This document shows, piece by piece, positions 1 to 10,368 of a stretch of DNA of 52,785 nt. The DNA is taken from positions 1 through 52,785 of IMG/VR virus record IMGVR_UViG_3300035145_002598; one strand, 5' to 3'. The translations under genes were made by a program, and so were the position numbers. Source of the stretch: a virus (taxonomy: Duplodnaviria > Caudoviricetes). Every line of letters begins with the position of its first letter. Within the stretch, counting starts at the first letter, position 1. The notes beneath the pieces were generated by a model that was given only the letters and a program-made list of their open reading frames with translations, made no database searches and was not told where the DNA came from.

Positions 1-26
1 CAACGAGAGCAGACGAGGAGATACAG

Positions 27-659
27 ATGCTCGATACTAAAAACGACGACGTCGTCTCAGCCGACGCATTGACGGAGGCGCTCGACGCTCTCTCGAAAGC
101 GATGCGTAAGGACGACGAGATGGACAAAGGCGACGAGATGCAGCGCGACGACGATCGCCAGATCAACCTCTTCGACGACGACGAGATCCTCGAGGACGAG
201 GGCGACATGCCCGCGGACGACGAGATCATCATCGAGGAGGAGGACGAGATGGACAAGGGGCGTATGTACGCCGACGCGATCAAGGCGCTCGCAGAGAACA
301 GCGACCGCGTGATCGGCGACATGGAGAAGCGCCTCGACGCTGTCATGAAGGCGCTCGACGCGATGATGACCGAGATGAAGGCGATGCAGGGCGACCGCGC
401 TGAGATGTCGAAGAGCCTGAACACGCTCCTCGCTCAGCCCAACGCACCCCGCGCCGTCGTCTCCGCGCCCGTCGCGCCCGTCGCCCAAGCCCCCGCAGGA
501 CCGACTCGCGGGGACGTGATCCGCAAGGGTCTCACGATGCTCCGCGACGACGCGGACAAGCTCACCAATACGCAGCGCGGACAGATCCGCAACGCGATCG
601 CACAACTCGAGGCGGGCGTTCCTGTGTCCGCTGTATCTCACATCATCGACGCAGAGTAA
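27..659 (+). CDS. Acidic, helical protein upstream of the major capsid gene; probable scaffold or head-assembly protein
   Basis: GAGGAG RBS; very D/E-rich N-terminal half, coiled-coil-like middle, Pro/Ala linker; directly precedes the capsid gene. Confidence 0.5.
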   Translation: MLDTKNDDVVSADALTEALDALSKAMRKDDEMDKGDEMQRDDDRQINLFDDDEILEDEGDMPADDEIIIEEEDEMDKGRMYADAIKALAENSDRVIGDMEKRLDAVMKALDAMMTEMKAMQGDRAEMSKSLNTLLAQPNAPRAVVSAPVAPVAQAPAGPTRGDVIRKGLTMLRDDADKLTNTQRGQIRNAIAQLEAGVPVSAVSHIIDAE

Positions 660-668
660 GAGGTCGTC

Positions 669-2105
669 ATGTATTCATTTCCAGAAGCTAATCAGCTCGT
701 AAATATCGCGGACCTCGCTCAGCTTAATAGCGCGCTCCGTAAATCCGCAGACGCGGGATATCAGACTCCCGCCGGCACTAGTGGCGGTGACGCGGGTTCT
801 TTGAGCCCCCTCGTCCCACAGAGCATCGAGAACACTCTCAGCTCTGCAACGTACACGATGAAGGAGCTCGCGCTCTGGCCCGCGATCCCGAAGGTCAGCG
901 CGACGAACACCGTCCACGAGTACAGCGTGATCAACGATCACGGTCTCGATCTCGAGCCGTTCATCGCAGAGGGTAGCGCAGGCACGACTAACCGCTCTGA
1001 GTACGAGCGTAAGTCGGTCCGCGTTAAGTACCTCGCAGAGCGTCGCGAGGTGACTGACGTCGGTTCACTCGTCGGTCTCATCGGTAACAACGCGAACGCG
1101 ATCGCACAGGAGACCGAGCGCGGGACTCTGCGCCTCATGCAGAAGCTCGAGCGCTCACTCTGGCACGCGAAGGAGTCCGTTAACCCGCTCGCGTTCGACG
1201 GCATCATCGAGCAGATTGAGTCACACAACAGCGGAGCGAACACGTTCGATCTTCGCGGTAAGAGCCCGACTCCTCGCCTCCTCCAAGAGGTGCTCTCAGA
1301 GGTGCAGAGCGCTCCTCGATTCGGTCGCCCCGATTGTATTTATGTTGAGCCACGCATCCACGCGGAGCTCATCAAGTTCGCGGTTCAGTGGGGTCGCCAC
1401 GATCAATTCGCAGCTCTCCGCGCTGCGGACGGTCTCACGTATGGCGTTCAGGAGCTCAACATCATGAGCCCCTACGGACCCGTCCCCGTCAAGTCTGCGC
1501 CGTTCTTGTTCAACGCATACGCTGCTCCCGCGTCTGCGAGCTCAAGCGCTGCGCCCGCTGGTCCTACCATCTCAAGCGTAGCAGCTGCGGGAACCGCGGG
1601 AAGCTTCGCGGGTGATGACGCTGGCTTCTATGGTTACAAGGTCGTCGCGGTGAGCAACGACGGATTCAGCGCGGGCGTTAACTCCGCGACTGTTGAGGTC
1701 GCTGCGACTGAGAGCGTGACCGTGACCATCGCAGACGCGTCGGACGCCGTGTTCTACAAGATCTACCGTTCGGAGAAGGCAGCGACCGCGGGCGCGGTTG
1801 ACTTCGCTACATGTCGCTTGATCGGCGAGATCGCGAACACTAGCGGAGCGCCTACTGCGTTCATTGACGCGAACCTCGTGATCCCGAACACCTCGAAAAT
1901 CGTTTTCGTACAACACGATCCAACGGTCCTCGAGTTCGTGCGTCTCCTCGATTTCTTCCGTCGTCCTCTCGCCGAGGTAGCTACGAGCAAGCCCTTCTTG
2001 CTCATGCTCTTCGGTTCACCGATCGTCAAGGTCCCCTCTAAGTGCTTCGTGCTCCAGAACGCGGGTATCACCGACGTCGACTCGATGATTGACACCCGCG
2101 CTTAA
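669..2105 (+). CDS. Major capsid protein (SPO1/Twort-like, with a beta-rich insertion)
   Basis: 478 aa; ALRKS..AGY, PQSIENTL..TY, LWPAIPK..ATNTVHEY and LAFDGI resemble capsids of phage K/SPO1-type myoviruses; TAAGGAGG RBS. Confidence 0.85.
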   Translation: MYSFPEANQLVNIADLAQLNSALRKSADAGYQTPAGTSGGDAGSLSPLVPQSIENTLSSATYTMKELALWPAIPKVSATNTVHEYSVINDHGLDLEPFIAEGSAGTTNRSEYERKSVRVKYLAERREVTDVGSLVGLIGNNANAIAQETERGTLRLMQKLERSLWHAKESVNPLAFDGIIEQIESHNSGANTFDLRGKSPTPRLLQEVLSEVQSAPRFGRPDCIYVEPRIHAELIKFAVQWGRHDQFAALRAADGLTYGVQELNIMSPYGPVPVKSAPFLFNAYAAPASASSSAAPAGPTISSVAAAGTAGSFAGDDAGFYGYKVVAVSNDGFSAGVNSATVEVAATESVTVTIADASDAVFYKIYRSEKAATAGAVDFATCRLIGEIANTSGAPTAFIDANLVIPNTSKIVFVQHDPTVLEFVRLLDFFRRPLAEVATSKPFLLMLFGSPIVKVPSKCFVLQNAGITDVDSMIDTRA

Positions 2106-2111
2106 GGTTAG

Positions 2112-2348
2112 TTGATGCGTTGGTATCATGACACATTACGCGCGTGTACGCTCGACGTCGGCTCCGGTCGCGGTTCGGTGAAGATCGACCGCGAGGGATA
2201 CGTCGTCGAGATGAACGATTACGCGCGTCACGCGCTCGAGCTGTGGGCTCCATCGATCGGCTTTACGCAGGTCGACGACGCACCCACGGAGAGCGCACCC
2301 GCGAAGAAGCGAAAGCGCACCACTAAGCGCCAGAGCTCCGCGGACTGA
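2112..2348 (+). CDS. Small hypothetical protein with a basic C-terminus
   Basis: Fills the gap between capsid and neck genes; genome-typical codon usage; start may be 2115. Confidence 0.55.
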   Translation: MMRWYHDTLRACTLDVGSGRGSVKIDREGYVVEMNDYARHALELWAPSIGFTQVDDAPTESAPAKKRKRTTKRQSSAD

Positions 2349-2368
2349 GAGCGAGAGAGGTCGATCAC

Positions 2369-3316
2369 ATGGGTATCTATTCACAGATCACTCCCGAGTT
2401 TCTGAAGAGTACGACGCTCCTCGGGATCGACCTCACGCTCGACGACGGTTCGGACTATCCGGACCTCGTCTACACCCAATCTATACAAGCAGCGATAAGA
2501 CACGTCGAGAGCGACCTCGGGATCAATGTCGAGCCGTTCAAGGTCACGCGGGAGCGCCACGACGCCGAGCGTCAAGGTCAGTTCTCGTACTGGCCGTTTC
2601 GCCTAGACGCGCGCCCCGTGATCTCGTTCCAAGCTGCGCGGATCAGGTTCGGCTCGTTTCAGCCCGTCGAGGTCCCGACATCGTGGATCACGGCGACCTC
2701 AACGACACACGGGCAGGTGCACCTCATCCCGAGCGAGGAGTCCCTCGGCTCCTATTTCTTCCGCGCGGGCGTTCCCCTGATGGGGGGCTTCGGGATCTAC
2801 GAGTCACGCGACTACATCCCCGCTTATTTCGAGTTCGACTACACTGCTGGATTCGACGAGCGCACAGGGACGGCGACGATCCCCGCGGGGGAGACGAGCG
2901 TCGATGTCACGCTCGACTCGCGCGTGCTCCTATCGTACCAAGTCACGACGGATCAATCGACGGTACGCGTGAGCGGTCGAGGGAATGAGGGCTTTACGCT
3001 CAGCGTAACGAGCGCACCCGCGGAGGACCTCGTGATCGAGTGGACGCTAGACACGCTCCCCGCGGACCTCAAGCAGGCCGTCGCGATCAAGGCTGCGACG
3101 CTCTTACTCTTACACGTCGCCGGTGACTTGATCCTCGGCGCGGGTATCGCGTCGCAGTCTGTCAGCGTTGACTCGCTGAGCACGTCGATTGATACGACCT
3201 CCTCGGCGATGTACTCGGGCTACTCAGCGCGCGCTGAGAGCCTCGACAAGCAGTACAAACTCCTGATGAACGGCCTACGATCTCAGTATCGCGTCACTCA
3301 GTTCGGTGTGATCTGA
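2369..3316 (+). CDS. Putative head-tail adaptor (neck) protein
   Basis: Position after the capsid gene; FDYTAGF...LPADLKQAVAI...AGIASQSVSVDSLSTSIDTTSSAMYSGYSAR is typical of this neck family. Confidence 0.7.
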   Translation: MGIYSQITPEFLKSTTLLGIDLTLDDGSDYPDLVYTQSIQAAIRHVESDLGINVEPFKVTRERHDAERQGQFSYWPFRLDARPVISFQAARIRFGSFQPVEVPTSWITATSTTHGQVHLIPSEESLGSYFFRAGVPLMGGFGIYESRDYIPAYFEFDYTAGFDERTGTATIPAGETSVDVTLDSRVLLSYQVTTDQSTVRVSGRGNEGFTLSVTSAPAEDLVIEWTLDTLPADLKQAVAIKAATLLLLHVAGDLILGAGIASQSVSVDSLSTSIDTTSSAMYSGYSARAESLDKQYKLLMNGLRSQYRVTQFGVI

Positions 3317-4125
3317 TGACGACGTTCCCGAGCAGAGAGCCGACGAAGGTCAGACCCCGCGTCGACTTCGATCCTGAGCGATTCAGGAAACATATATTCG
3401 CGAAGGGCGTCGATCTGACGTGGGCGCAGTGCGCCGAGTGTCCCTGCGCTCGAAGCGCGAGCGACTTCACGCTCGACCTGAGCTACTCGAGCGCGTCGAC
3501 CGAGACAGGCGAAGCTCGACCCGATTGTCCGCTATGCGACGGTCGCGGGTACTTCTGGCACAGCGAGCAGACGATCCGCGCGATCGTGACATCCGGATCG
3601 AGTAAAACCGATTCGTTCGCGGTGTACGGCGAGTACGCTCGAGGGATGGTGTCGATCACGACGCTGCCCGAGCACCTCCCCGCGTTCGGCGATCGCTTCG
3701 AGATCGTCGACTCCGTGATCGTGTTCAGAGAGACACAGACGCGGACGGCGAACGCGGTCGAGGCGCTACGCTATCCGATCCAGTCACGGACGTTGGACCT
3801 CGCGACCGGCGAGACCGTCGTTCGTGTGTTGCGCTTGCAGTTCGCCGACGCGAACGGCTTGAGCGCCGAGGCTAACTCGTTAACAGAGGGAGAGGATTTC
3901 GTCGTCACCGAGGACGGCGAGATCGACTTCTCACTCGGCGACGCGAGCGGAACAGCGCCCGCGGAGGGTCTGCGATACAGTGTCTCGTATTATGCGCGTC
4001 CTCGTTACTACGTTGCTAGTCACCCTCACACTCATCGCGACTCTACACGGCGACGTAAGAGCACCACCGAGGCGCCGATCACGCTCCCGATACAAGTCGA
4101 GTGCTCGCTCGAGTTCATGGGGTGA
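3316..4125 (+). CDS. Putative head-completion/neck protein
   Basis: CAECPC...CPLCDGRG Cys motif as in the equivalent gene of Twort-like phages; coupled to the previous gene (TGATG). Confidence 0.65.
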   Translation: MTTFPSREPTKVRPRVDFDPERFRKHIFAKGVDLTWAQCAECPCARSASDFTLDLSYSSASTETGEARPDCPLCDGRGYFWHSEQTIRAIVTSGSSKTDSFAVYGEYARGMVSITTLPEHLPAFGDRFEIVDSVIVFRETQTRTANAVEALRYPIQSRTLDLATGETVVRVLRLQFADANGLSAEANSLTEGEDFVVTEDGEIDFSLGDASGTAPAEGLRYSVSYYARPRYYVASHPHTHRDSTRRRKSTTEAPITLPIQVECSLEFMG

Positions 4126-4129
4126 GACG

Positions 4130-4879
4130 ATGCCACAGATCGAAGCGAACACGGACGCGCTACTCGCTGCGTTAGGTTTCTCACCCGCTGAGTCGCGACG
4201 TCGATCGCAGACGCTCGCGGACCTCGTGCTCGCCGAGTGGAGCGCGGGCGCGCGTAACAAATTGAACTCGACGCGCGCTGCTTACCTTCGATCGCTTCAG
4301 GTGCGCGACGTCTCGCCGTCTGGCTTCATCTGCGGATTACCCGCGTCACCCTCGACCGCGATCATCGCGCACATGGTCGAGCAGGGGATGGGGAGCGGGG
4401 GGATCGGCACGACCGGACCTTACGATGTCCGTAAATATCTACTCCAAGCGTCGACGCGTAACATACGCCGACGCAAGGACGGCGGGCTCTATTTGCACGT
4501 CCCCTTCGGACACAAAGCGAAGGATCTTAAAGCGAACTACGGCTCGCTCATCGCGAACGCAGCGCGCAGACTCCAGGCGACGACGACCGACCCCAACCGG
4601 CGAACGCGCTACGGTGGGCGACTCCCCGAGGGTCAAGTGCCTAAGCTGAAACCGCACCACGTGACCGACCCGCTCGCGGGTCTCGTGCGTCTCGCGTCCA
4701 CGTACTCTCGAGGGGCGGGAGGTCGAGCGCGCACGCAGACGAGCGGATATCGGACGTGGCGCACAGCGAGTTACGCGAACACTCACCCCGACGCGTGGAT
4801 GAGCTCAGGGATCACCCCGCGCCGAATCATGGACGACGTGTCGAGGGAGCTCCCGACGCTCATCTCTCAGGTGTACTAA
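4130..4879 (+). CDS. Putative neck/tail-completion protein
   Basis: ATG at 4130 just after the previous stop; basic protein with YLHVPF and YRTWRTAS motifs; position in the structural module. Confidence 0.55.
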   Translation: MPQIEANTDALLAALGFSPAESRRRSQTLADLVLAEWSAGARNKLNSTRAAYLRSLQVRDVSPSGFICGLPASPSTAIIAHMVEQGMGSGGIGTTGPYDVRKYLLQASTRNIRRRKDGGLYLHVPFGHKAKDLKANYGSLIANAARRLQATTTDPNRRTRYGGRLPEGQVPKLKPHHVTDPLAGLVRLASTYSRGAGGRARTQTSGYRTWRTASYANTHPDAWMSSGITPRRIMDDVSRELPTLISQVY

Positions 4880-5523
4880 TGTTATTCGACCTCAACGCAC
4901 AGAGCGCGCTCGCTGCCGGCTTCGGTTACTACAAGACGCGAGAGGCTGAGTTTCGCGCGCTGTTCACGGGAGTGAGTGACGACGTGCTCGGCGCGTGGTT
5001 CGCTGAGCTCTCGCAACATTACCCGCTGTTCAGGACACGCAACACGCGAGGGACTGATGAGGCTCCGATGCTGGTCGTCACTCCGCAAGACGAGCGCGTG
5101 ACGCAGACGGTCCTCGGCGACTTCGACGTGAGGGACGATCAAGGGCGGGGCGTCGACTCGTATCTGATCCGCGAGACGGTCGAGGTGCTGATTATGGCGC
5201 GCTCCGCTGATATGGCGCGCGTGTATCATGTCCTCACGAGAGCGTCGATCGCGATCGCTCGACGCGCGCTCCATCGCGCCGGATATCATCTCGTCGAGTA
5301 CGGGGGAGCCTCGGGGCTCGCTCCTGAAGAGGACCTCGCAGCGGAGGAGCTCGGGCTCTATATACGACGCGTCACGGTCACAGCGGACCGACGCGTCTCG
5401 ATCACGATCCCCGCGTCGGCTGAGTTCGACGTTGATGTCTACTCCGGTGATGAGATCCTCGTACTCTCGAGCGATCAAACCGACGCATCGGGAACGGCGG
5501 GGGGCGTCGACGTCGATGTGTGA
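4879..5523 (+). CDS. Putative tail terminator protein
   Basis: TAATG overlap with the previous gene; directly upstream of the sheath gene. Confidence 0.5.
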   Translation: MLFDLNAQSALAAGFGYYKTREAEFRALFTGVSDDVLGAWFAELSQHYPLFRTRNTRGTDEAPMLVVTPQDERVTQTVLGDFDVRDDQGRGVDSYLIRETVEVLIMARSADMARVYHVLTRASIAIARRALHRAGYHLVEYGGASGLAPEEDLAAEELGLYIRRVTVTADRRVSITIPASAEFDVDVYSGDEILVLSSDQTDASGTAGGVDVDV

Positions 5524-5529
5524 TATACT
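5518..5529 (+). promoter_or_regulatory. Putative late promoter, extended -10 type (GTGTGATATACT)
   Basis: TGn-TATACT 25 nt upstream of the sheath ATG; near-identical 12-mers at 34431-34442 (-) and 52384-52395 (+). Confidence 0.55.
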
Positions 5530-5554
5530 CACTGCGAATCAATAGGAGGATTAA

Positions 5555-7519
5555 ATGCCGTCATCACTCAATCTAAACGGGCTCCGCGTATTCCGTCCCG
5601 CGGTATACGCGACCGTCGACGCCTCTGCGCTCGGTGGTCAAGAGCCGAGTACGGGAAACGTCTGCATCGTCGGCGCGTTCCCCTCGTTCAAACAATCCGA
5701 GGCGCTCACGTTCACGAGCGCGTCGAACCTCGTCGCGTATGATCCAACGGACCCAGAGCTCGCGCAGCTCGCGCGACTCGCGTTCTCTCCATCACTCGAC
5801 GACCGCATCCCCGCGGGCGTGAACTCGCTCTCGTTCCTCAACGTGCAGAGCACCACGCAAGCGAGCGCGATCTTACTCGACACCGACGGGGGCGACGCGC
5901 TGAGCGTTAAATCCTCGGTGTACGGTGAGCGCGGGAACCGTTGCACGATCGACGTCGAGAACATGAACACCGATCAAGTTAAGATCGTCATCAAGCGCGA
6001 CTCGATCGAGGAGACCTTCGAGGGCATCGAGAGCGGAGATCTCGCGTCACTGTACTACGCGGGCTCGCTCCTCACTCTCGTGTCGCTGAGCGCGTCTCGC
6101 TCTGCGCTCTCGATCTCATGGACTCAGGAGACCGCAGCCATGAACGCCGGAGCGCTGAGCGTGAACGTCGCCGACATGAGCTCGTCGTCTACGCTGAACA
6201 TCGGACTCAACGAGACCGACCACGCGAGCGCGGTGAGCGTCGTGATCACTGGACTCGACCAAAACGGCGCAGCAGCGACTGAGACGCTCACGTTTAACGC
6301 GGGTGACGGCACAGCGCAAGACACCGCGAACACGTACAGCTCAATAACGTCGATCGCTGTGAGCACAGCAGACAACGCGTACACGGGGACGCTCGACATC
6401 GCGGGCGAGATCGCGTTCACTCCTTCGGAGTTCGCGAACCTCCGCGAGCTGATCGAGGCGATCAACAGCCTCTCCGGATTTACCGCGACGTATGACGCGG
6501 GGCGCTCGTATCCCGCGGACGAGATCGACGCGCTCACCTCATCCGATATCATCGCGATCGGGAACAAGGCGACGCTCCGCGCGGATCTGTACGCAGTGAT
6601 CCAAGCGCTCGCACCATCTCAGCTCGTGGACGTAGAGCGCGCGAGCGGTGGGACTAAGCGACTCGCGCAGAGCGACGGCGATTCAGCGGTGAACGTGCGA
6701 CTCTCAGGAGGCGCGTCGAGCGCTGTAGTCTTGAGCGACTGGACCGACGCGCTCCAGACCATCGAGTCGAGTGACATTCAGATCGTCGTCGCGTGGACTA
6801 ACGCGATTAACGAGATGAAGGAGATCAAGAAACATCTCCCCCTCGCAGCTCGCGCGGGTCGTGAGCGTAACGCGTGGATGAGCGTCGCTGCGAACACGTC
6901 ACTCGCGACGCTCAAGAGTGATTACACGCAAGAGCTGAACGACCGAAACATCGCGATCGTCGGTCAGTCGATCGACGTGATTAACCCTCGAGGGATCAAA
7001 GAGACGCTTGCGCCTAAGTATCTCTCGCTCATGCTCGCTGCTATGCAAGCGGGGAGCGCGGTCGGGACTCCGCTCACGCGTAAGCGTCCGGACGTTGTCG
7101 ACGTAAGCGGAGCGTGGGATCCGAACCGCGACGCGACCGACGCGATCCGCGCGGGCGTCGTATCGCTCTCATTTAGCTCACTCGGTTATCGCGTCGAGCG
7201 CTCAGTCACTACGTACCTCGAGGACGATAACCCGATCTTCAGCGAGGTGTCAGCGAATGAGAGCGTTAACGCGTCCATCCGTGGACTCCGCTCACAGCTC
7301 GACGCGCTCATCGGAACCGCGAACCGAAGCCTCACAGCGAACCGCGTGACGTCGCTCGCACAAGCTCAGCTCAATCGACAAGTACAGGACGGCACGATTA
7401 AAGCGTTCCGCGACGTCGTCGTACAAGACCAGGGGGATACTTTGGTCGTCGGCTACACGGTAGCAGCGATCGAGCCCCTCAACTTCATACGCCTCGACGT
7501 CACCGTCGCGCGCTTCTAA
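5555..7519 (+). CDS. Contractile tail sheath protein
   Basis: 654 aa; N-terminal RPAVYATVDAS and C-terminal IKAFRDVVV...YTVAAIEPLNFIRLDV are sheath signatures; AGGAGG RBS. Confidence 0.9.
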   Translation: MPSSLNLNGLRVFRPAVYATVDASALGGQEPSTGNVCIVGAFPSFKQSEALTFTSASNLVAYDPTDPELAQLARLAFSPSLDDRIPAGVNSLSFLNVQSTTQASAILLDTDGGDALSVKSSVYGERGNRCTIDVENMNTDQVKIVIKRDSIEETFEGIESGDLASLYYAGSLLTLVSLSASRSALSISWTQETAAMNAGALSVNVADMSSSSTLNIGLNETDHASAVSVVITGLDQNGAAATETLTFNAGDGTAQDTANTYSSITSIAVSTADNAYTGTLDIAGEIAFTPSEFANLRELIEAINSLSGFTATYDAGRSYPADEIDALTSSDIIAIGNKATLRADLYAVIQALAPSQLVDVERASGGTKRLAQSDGDSAVNVRLSGGASSAVVLSDWTDALQTIESSDIQIVVAWTNAINEMKEIKKHLPLAARAGRERNAWMSVAANTSLATLKSDYTQELNDRNIAIVGQSIDVINPRGIKETLAPKYLSLMLAAMQAGSAVGTPLTRKRPDVVDVSGAWDPNRDATDAIRAGVVSLSFSSLGYRVERSVTTYLEDDNPIFSEVSANESVNASIRGLRSQLDALIGTANRSLTANRVTSLAQAQLNRQVQDGTIKAFRDVVVQDQGDTLVVGYTVAAIEPLNFIRLDVTVARF

Positions 7520-7531
7520 GGAGAGTAACTT

Positions 7532-7954
7532 ATGACACAGCCCGTATTCTCAGGCGCACGCGCGAAACTGATCGTCGACGGTCAGGAGATCGGATTCGCG
7601 ACAGGTGTATCAGCGAGCGAGAGCATCACGCACCAGCGCGTCGACGTACTCGGTAACATCGACTCGCAAGAGCTCGTCCCCGTGTCTCGCGTGGTGAGCG
7701 CGAACGCGGATTTCGTGCGCATCACGAACACCTCGATCCAAGAGCTCGGAATCATGCCACGAGGCAACACTGCGGACGTGATCAGCTTCCCCGAGTTGAC
7801 GCTCGAGATCTACGACCAAGTGAGCGACGTTCCCGTGTGGCGTATCGAGGGCGCTCGATGTGAGTCTCGCTCGTGGCAAGTCCAGAGCGGGAGCATCGTC
7901 ACCGTGAACGCGTCATTCCAAGCGCGCCGTTTATTTGACGAGCGAGGCGCGTAA
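7532..7954 (+). CDS. Tail tube protein
   Basis: 140 aa beta-rich protein right after the sheath; SGARAKLIVDGQEIGFATGVS...VLGNIDSQELVP. Confidence 0.85.
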   Translation: MTQPVFSGARAKLIVDGQEIGFATGVSASESITHQRVDVLGNIDSQELVPVSRVVSANADFVRITNTSIQELGIMPRGNTADVISFPELTLEIYDQVSDVPVWRIEGARCESRSWQVQSGSIVTVNASFQARRLFDERGA

Positions 7955-7956
7955 AT

Positions 7957-8388
7957 ATGGATCTACGGAACATCAAGAGCGACGAGCCCGCGCAGAGCGC
8001 GACGTTGATTCCGCGTGAGGTGCGTCTAAACGTGTCATACGTGTCACCCGACGGCGTGCGTCACGACGACGTCCTCCTCTCTCGTATCCCTGACGGAGAC
8101 GGACGAACGCAGATCGATCGACGCTCTGCGATCCTCGCGGGTGTTCCGTGGCAACAGTTGAGCGAGTACGCGCAAGCGCGCTTTTTAGCGCTCGCGACAC
8201 TCTCGGTGTATCTCGTCGACCTCCCCGACTGGGTGAATCAGTGGGCGCAAGAGGACGACGAGCTCCTCTTCTCACTCCGCGAGGAGGTTGAGCGTCACGC
8301 GCTCGCGTGGTTTCGCTCAGGTGCGGGAGAGGGTGACGGCGATGAGGTCGCGCCCCGAGTTCGTATTTCTACAGCCGACGCTCGCTAA
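7957..8388 (+). CDS. Tail assembly chaperone
   Basis: Lies between tube and tape measure genes; ATLSVYLVDLPDW motif. Confidence 0.65.
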   Translation: MDLRNIKSDEPAQSATLIPREVRLNVSYVSPDGVRHDDVLLSRIPDGDGRTQIDRRSAILAGVPWQQLSEYAQARFLALATLSVYLVDLPDWVNQWAQEDDELLFSLREEVERHALAWFRSGAGEGDGDEVAPRVRISTADAR

Positions 8389-8575
8389 GCCTAGCGCGAG
8401 CGCGTCGGACGTAGAGCGCCTCGAGCACTGGCTCCTCTCGCTCGATGATGAAACATTCGATACAATGACAACGAGGCCCGAGATCGCGATCCGCGACAAC
8501 GCGCCGAGCGCGACGGGCGACGAGGTCGGCGATCGGTGGGAGCGTGAGTTCTGGGCCAGCAGAGGTGCTAAATGA
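8342..8575 (+). CDS. Second tail chaperone ORF (separate start at 8342 or frameshift extension of the previous gene)
   Basis: Overlaps the chaperone in the +1 frame and ends in an ATGA overlap with the tape measure start. Confidence 0.5.
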   Translation: MRSRPEFVFLQPTLAKPSASASDVERLEHWLLSLDDETFDTMTTRPEIAIRDNAPSATGDEVGDRWEREFWASRGAK

Positions 8576-10368
8576 GTCAACAGAGACACAGCTCCGAGAT
8601 ACAGGTCACGATCGACGACTCGCAGGTCCGACAAGCTGCCGAGCGTCTCGCGCAGTCGATGGAGCGCGTCGGCGAGGCGGGCGAGCGCGCGTTCGATCGT
8701 ACAGCGCAAGCAGCGCGACGCGCTCGACAACCCGTCGCGACGCCACCGACGCCGACGGGCGCTGCTCCATCGGCTCCATCTGCGCCACCTAAAGCGCCCG
8801 TAGCGGTCCCCCCACCGGCACCAGGTACGCGACCGCGTGACGAAAAGGGGCGCTTCATCCCATATAAGGTGCAACAGCGTATGCTCGGGATGACCGCGCT
8901 CGATACGTTGGGCGTCGGGGACAGCAACCGCTCTCTCGACTCAATGGCAGCAGAGGGACGCAGAGCTCAAGAGGCGTCACGCCGACAAGCGGAACGTGAG
9001 GCTCAGGCGTTCACAGCGCAACGCCAACAGGAGCGCGAGCTCCGTCGTCAGCAGATCATAGGGGTCGGACAAGCGGGTTTAAGCGGTCTCGTCGGTGGCG
9101 CGCAGGTCGTCGCCGGCGGTGGCGCTGCGGACGTGTTCCGCGCGGGTGGCGCAGCTGCGGGGAGTCTCGCGGGCGCGTTCGGTCTGAGTCGGATCGCGGG
9201 GGGTCTCCCCGTCCTCGGTGGCATCGCGGGCTCGCTCATACAGCGACGCGCTCAGCGTATCGGGCAGATCGTCGGACTCGAGCGACCGCAGACCGAGCTC
9301 GCGCTCGGTGGAGCGGAGGGAGTGAGGGGAGCGCGCTCACGCTTCGCGCGTCTCGGGATCAGTAGCGCGGAGGGTGTCGGCACGCTCCGAGCGTTTGCGC
9401 GAGCGATCGGCGCGCGCACTGACCTCTTGAGCGGTCGATCGATCGGCTTCACGTCGGACTTTCTAGGGCAAGCAGCGCTCCGAGGGATCGACCCGACGAC
9501 GATCGGGGCGTTCGTGGGCGGTGGCGCGATCGGTGGAGGCGCGAGGGGTGACACGTTCCAAAGCGCGGGGCTCGCGAATCGCTTACTCGGTGGAGCGGGC
9601 GCGATGGGATTGACCGGCGCGGGCGCGACGAGGTTCCTCGCAGCTATCGCGCAGAACACACAGCGCATCGCGAGCGAGGGTCTATCGATCGATGAGGAGA
9701 GCGCGGGGCGCTTCATCATGGGGATTAACGAGGCAGCTCGACAAGGGGGTCAGCGTCAGCTGATGGGCGTCGGAGCTGCGCGCACGTTTCAAAGATTCGG
9801 GGGAGCGCTGAGCGGTGTCGCGGGCTCATTCCGCGGGCAGTTCGGCGGGATAGGGACCGGCGCGCTCACAGCAGCAGCAGCTCGAGGGGGCGGGGGTCCG
9901 CTCCAAGTGCTCAAGCGCCTCGAGCAGTTCCGCACCGACCCCGCGAGCGCGATCAAGGCGCTCCGCTCGATGGGGATCGAGGGCGACCTGCTTCAACTCG
10001 CGTTGAGCGGGATGGGACTCAGCACCGAAGAAGCGGACGTGCTCAGTCGCGCGGGAGAGGGTGATCTCGATACGGGGATGCTCGGAGCGGATCGCGGGAT
10101 CATGCGTCGCGGGATGGGCGTATCGCGGACGGTCCAGACCGCACAAGAGCGACTCATCCGACGCGTCGAAGCGGATCCCGCGTCGATTCAAGCGTTCGTG
10201 AAGCTGAACACCTCGATCGAGGAGCTCGCGCTGACGATGACAAAATCGAACAGCGTGCTCACGACCTCCATGCAGAGCATCGAGGGACACATCGCGAAGC
10301 TCGTAGACTTGATCGACTCGGGTAATCTCACCGACGCGCTCCGCAAGATGTTAAGAGAGCTCATATGA
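8572..10368 (+). CDS. Tape measure protein
   Basis: 598 aa, Ala/Gly-rich and helical; canonical position after the chaperones. Confidence 0.7.
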   Translation: MSQQRHSSEIQVTIDDSQVRQAAERLAQSMERVGEAGERAFDRTAQAARRARQPVATPPTPTGAAPSAPSAPPKAPVAVPPPAPGTRPRDEKGRFIPYKVQQRMLGMTALDTLGVGDSNRSLDSMAAEGRRAQEASRRQAEREAQAFTAQRQQERELRRQQIIGVGQAGLSGLVGGAQVVAGGGAADVFRAGGAAAGSLAGAFGLSRIAGGLPVLGGIAGSLIQRRAQRIGQIVGLERPQTELALGGAEGVRGARSRFARLGISSAEGVGTLRAFARAIGARTDLLSGRSIGFTSDFLGQAALRGIDPTTIGAFVGGGAIGGGARGDTFQSAGLANRLLGGAGAMGLTGAGATRFLAAIAQNTQRIASEGLSIDEESAGRFIMGINEAARQGGQRQLMGVGAARTFQRFGGALSGVAGSFRGQFGGIGTGALTAAAARGGGGPLQVLKRLEQFRTDPASAIKALRSMGIEGDLLQLALSGMGLSTEEADVLSRAGEGDLDTGMLGADRGIMRRGMGVSRTVQTAQERLIRRVEADPASIQAFVKLNTSIEELALTMTKSNSVLTTSMQSIEGHIAKLVDLIDSGNLTDALRKMLRELI

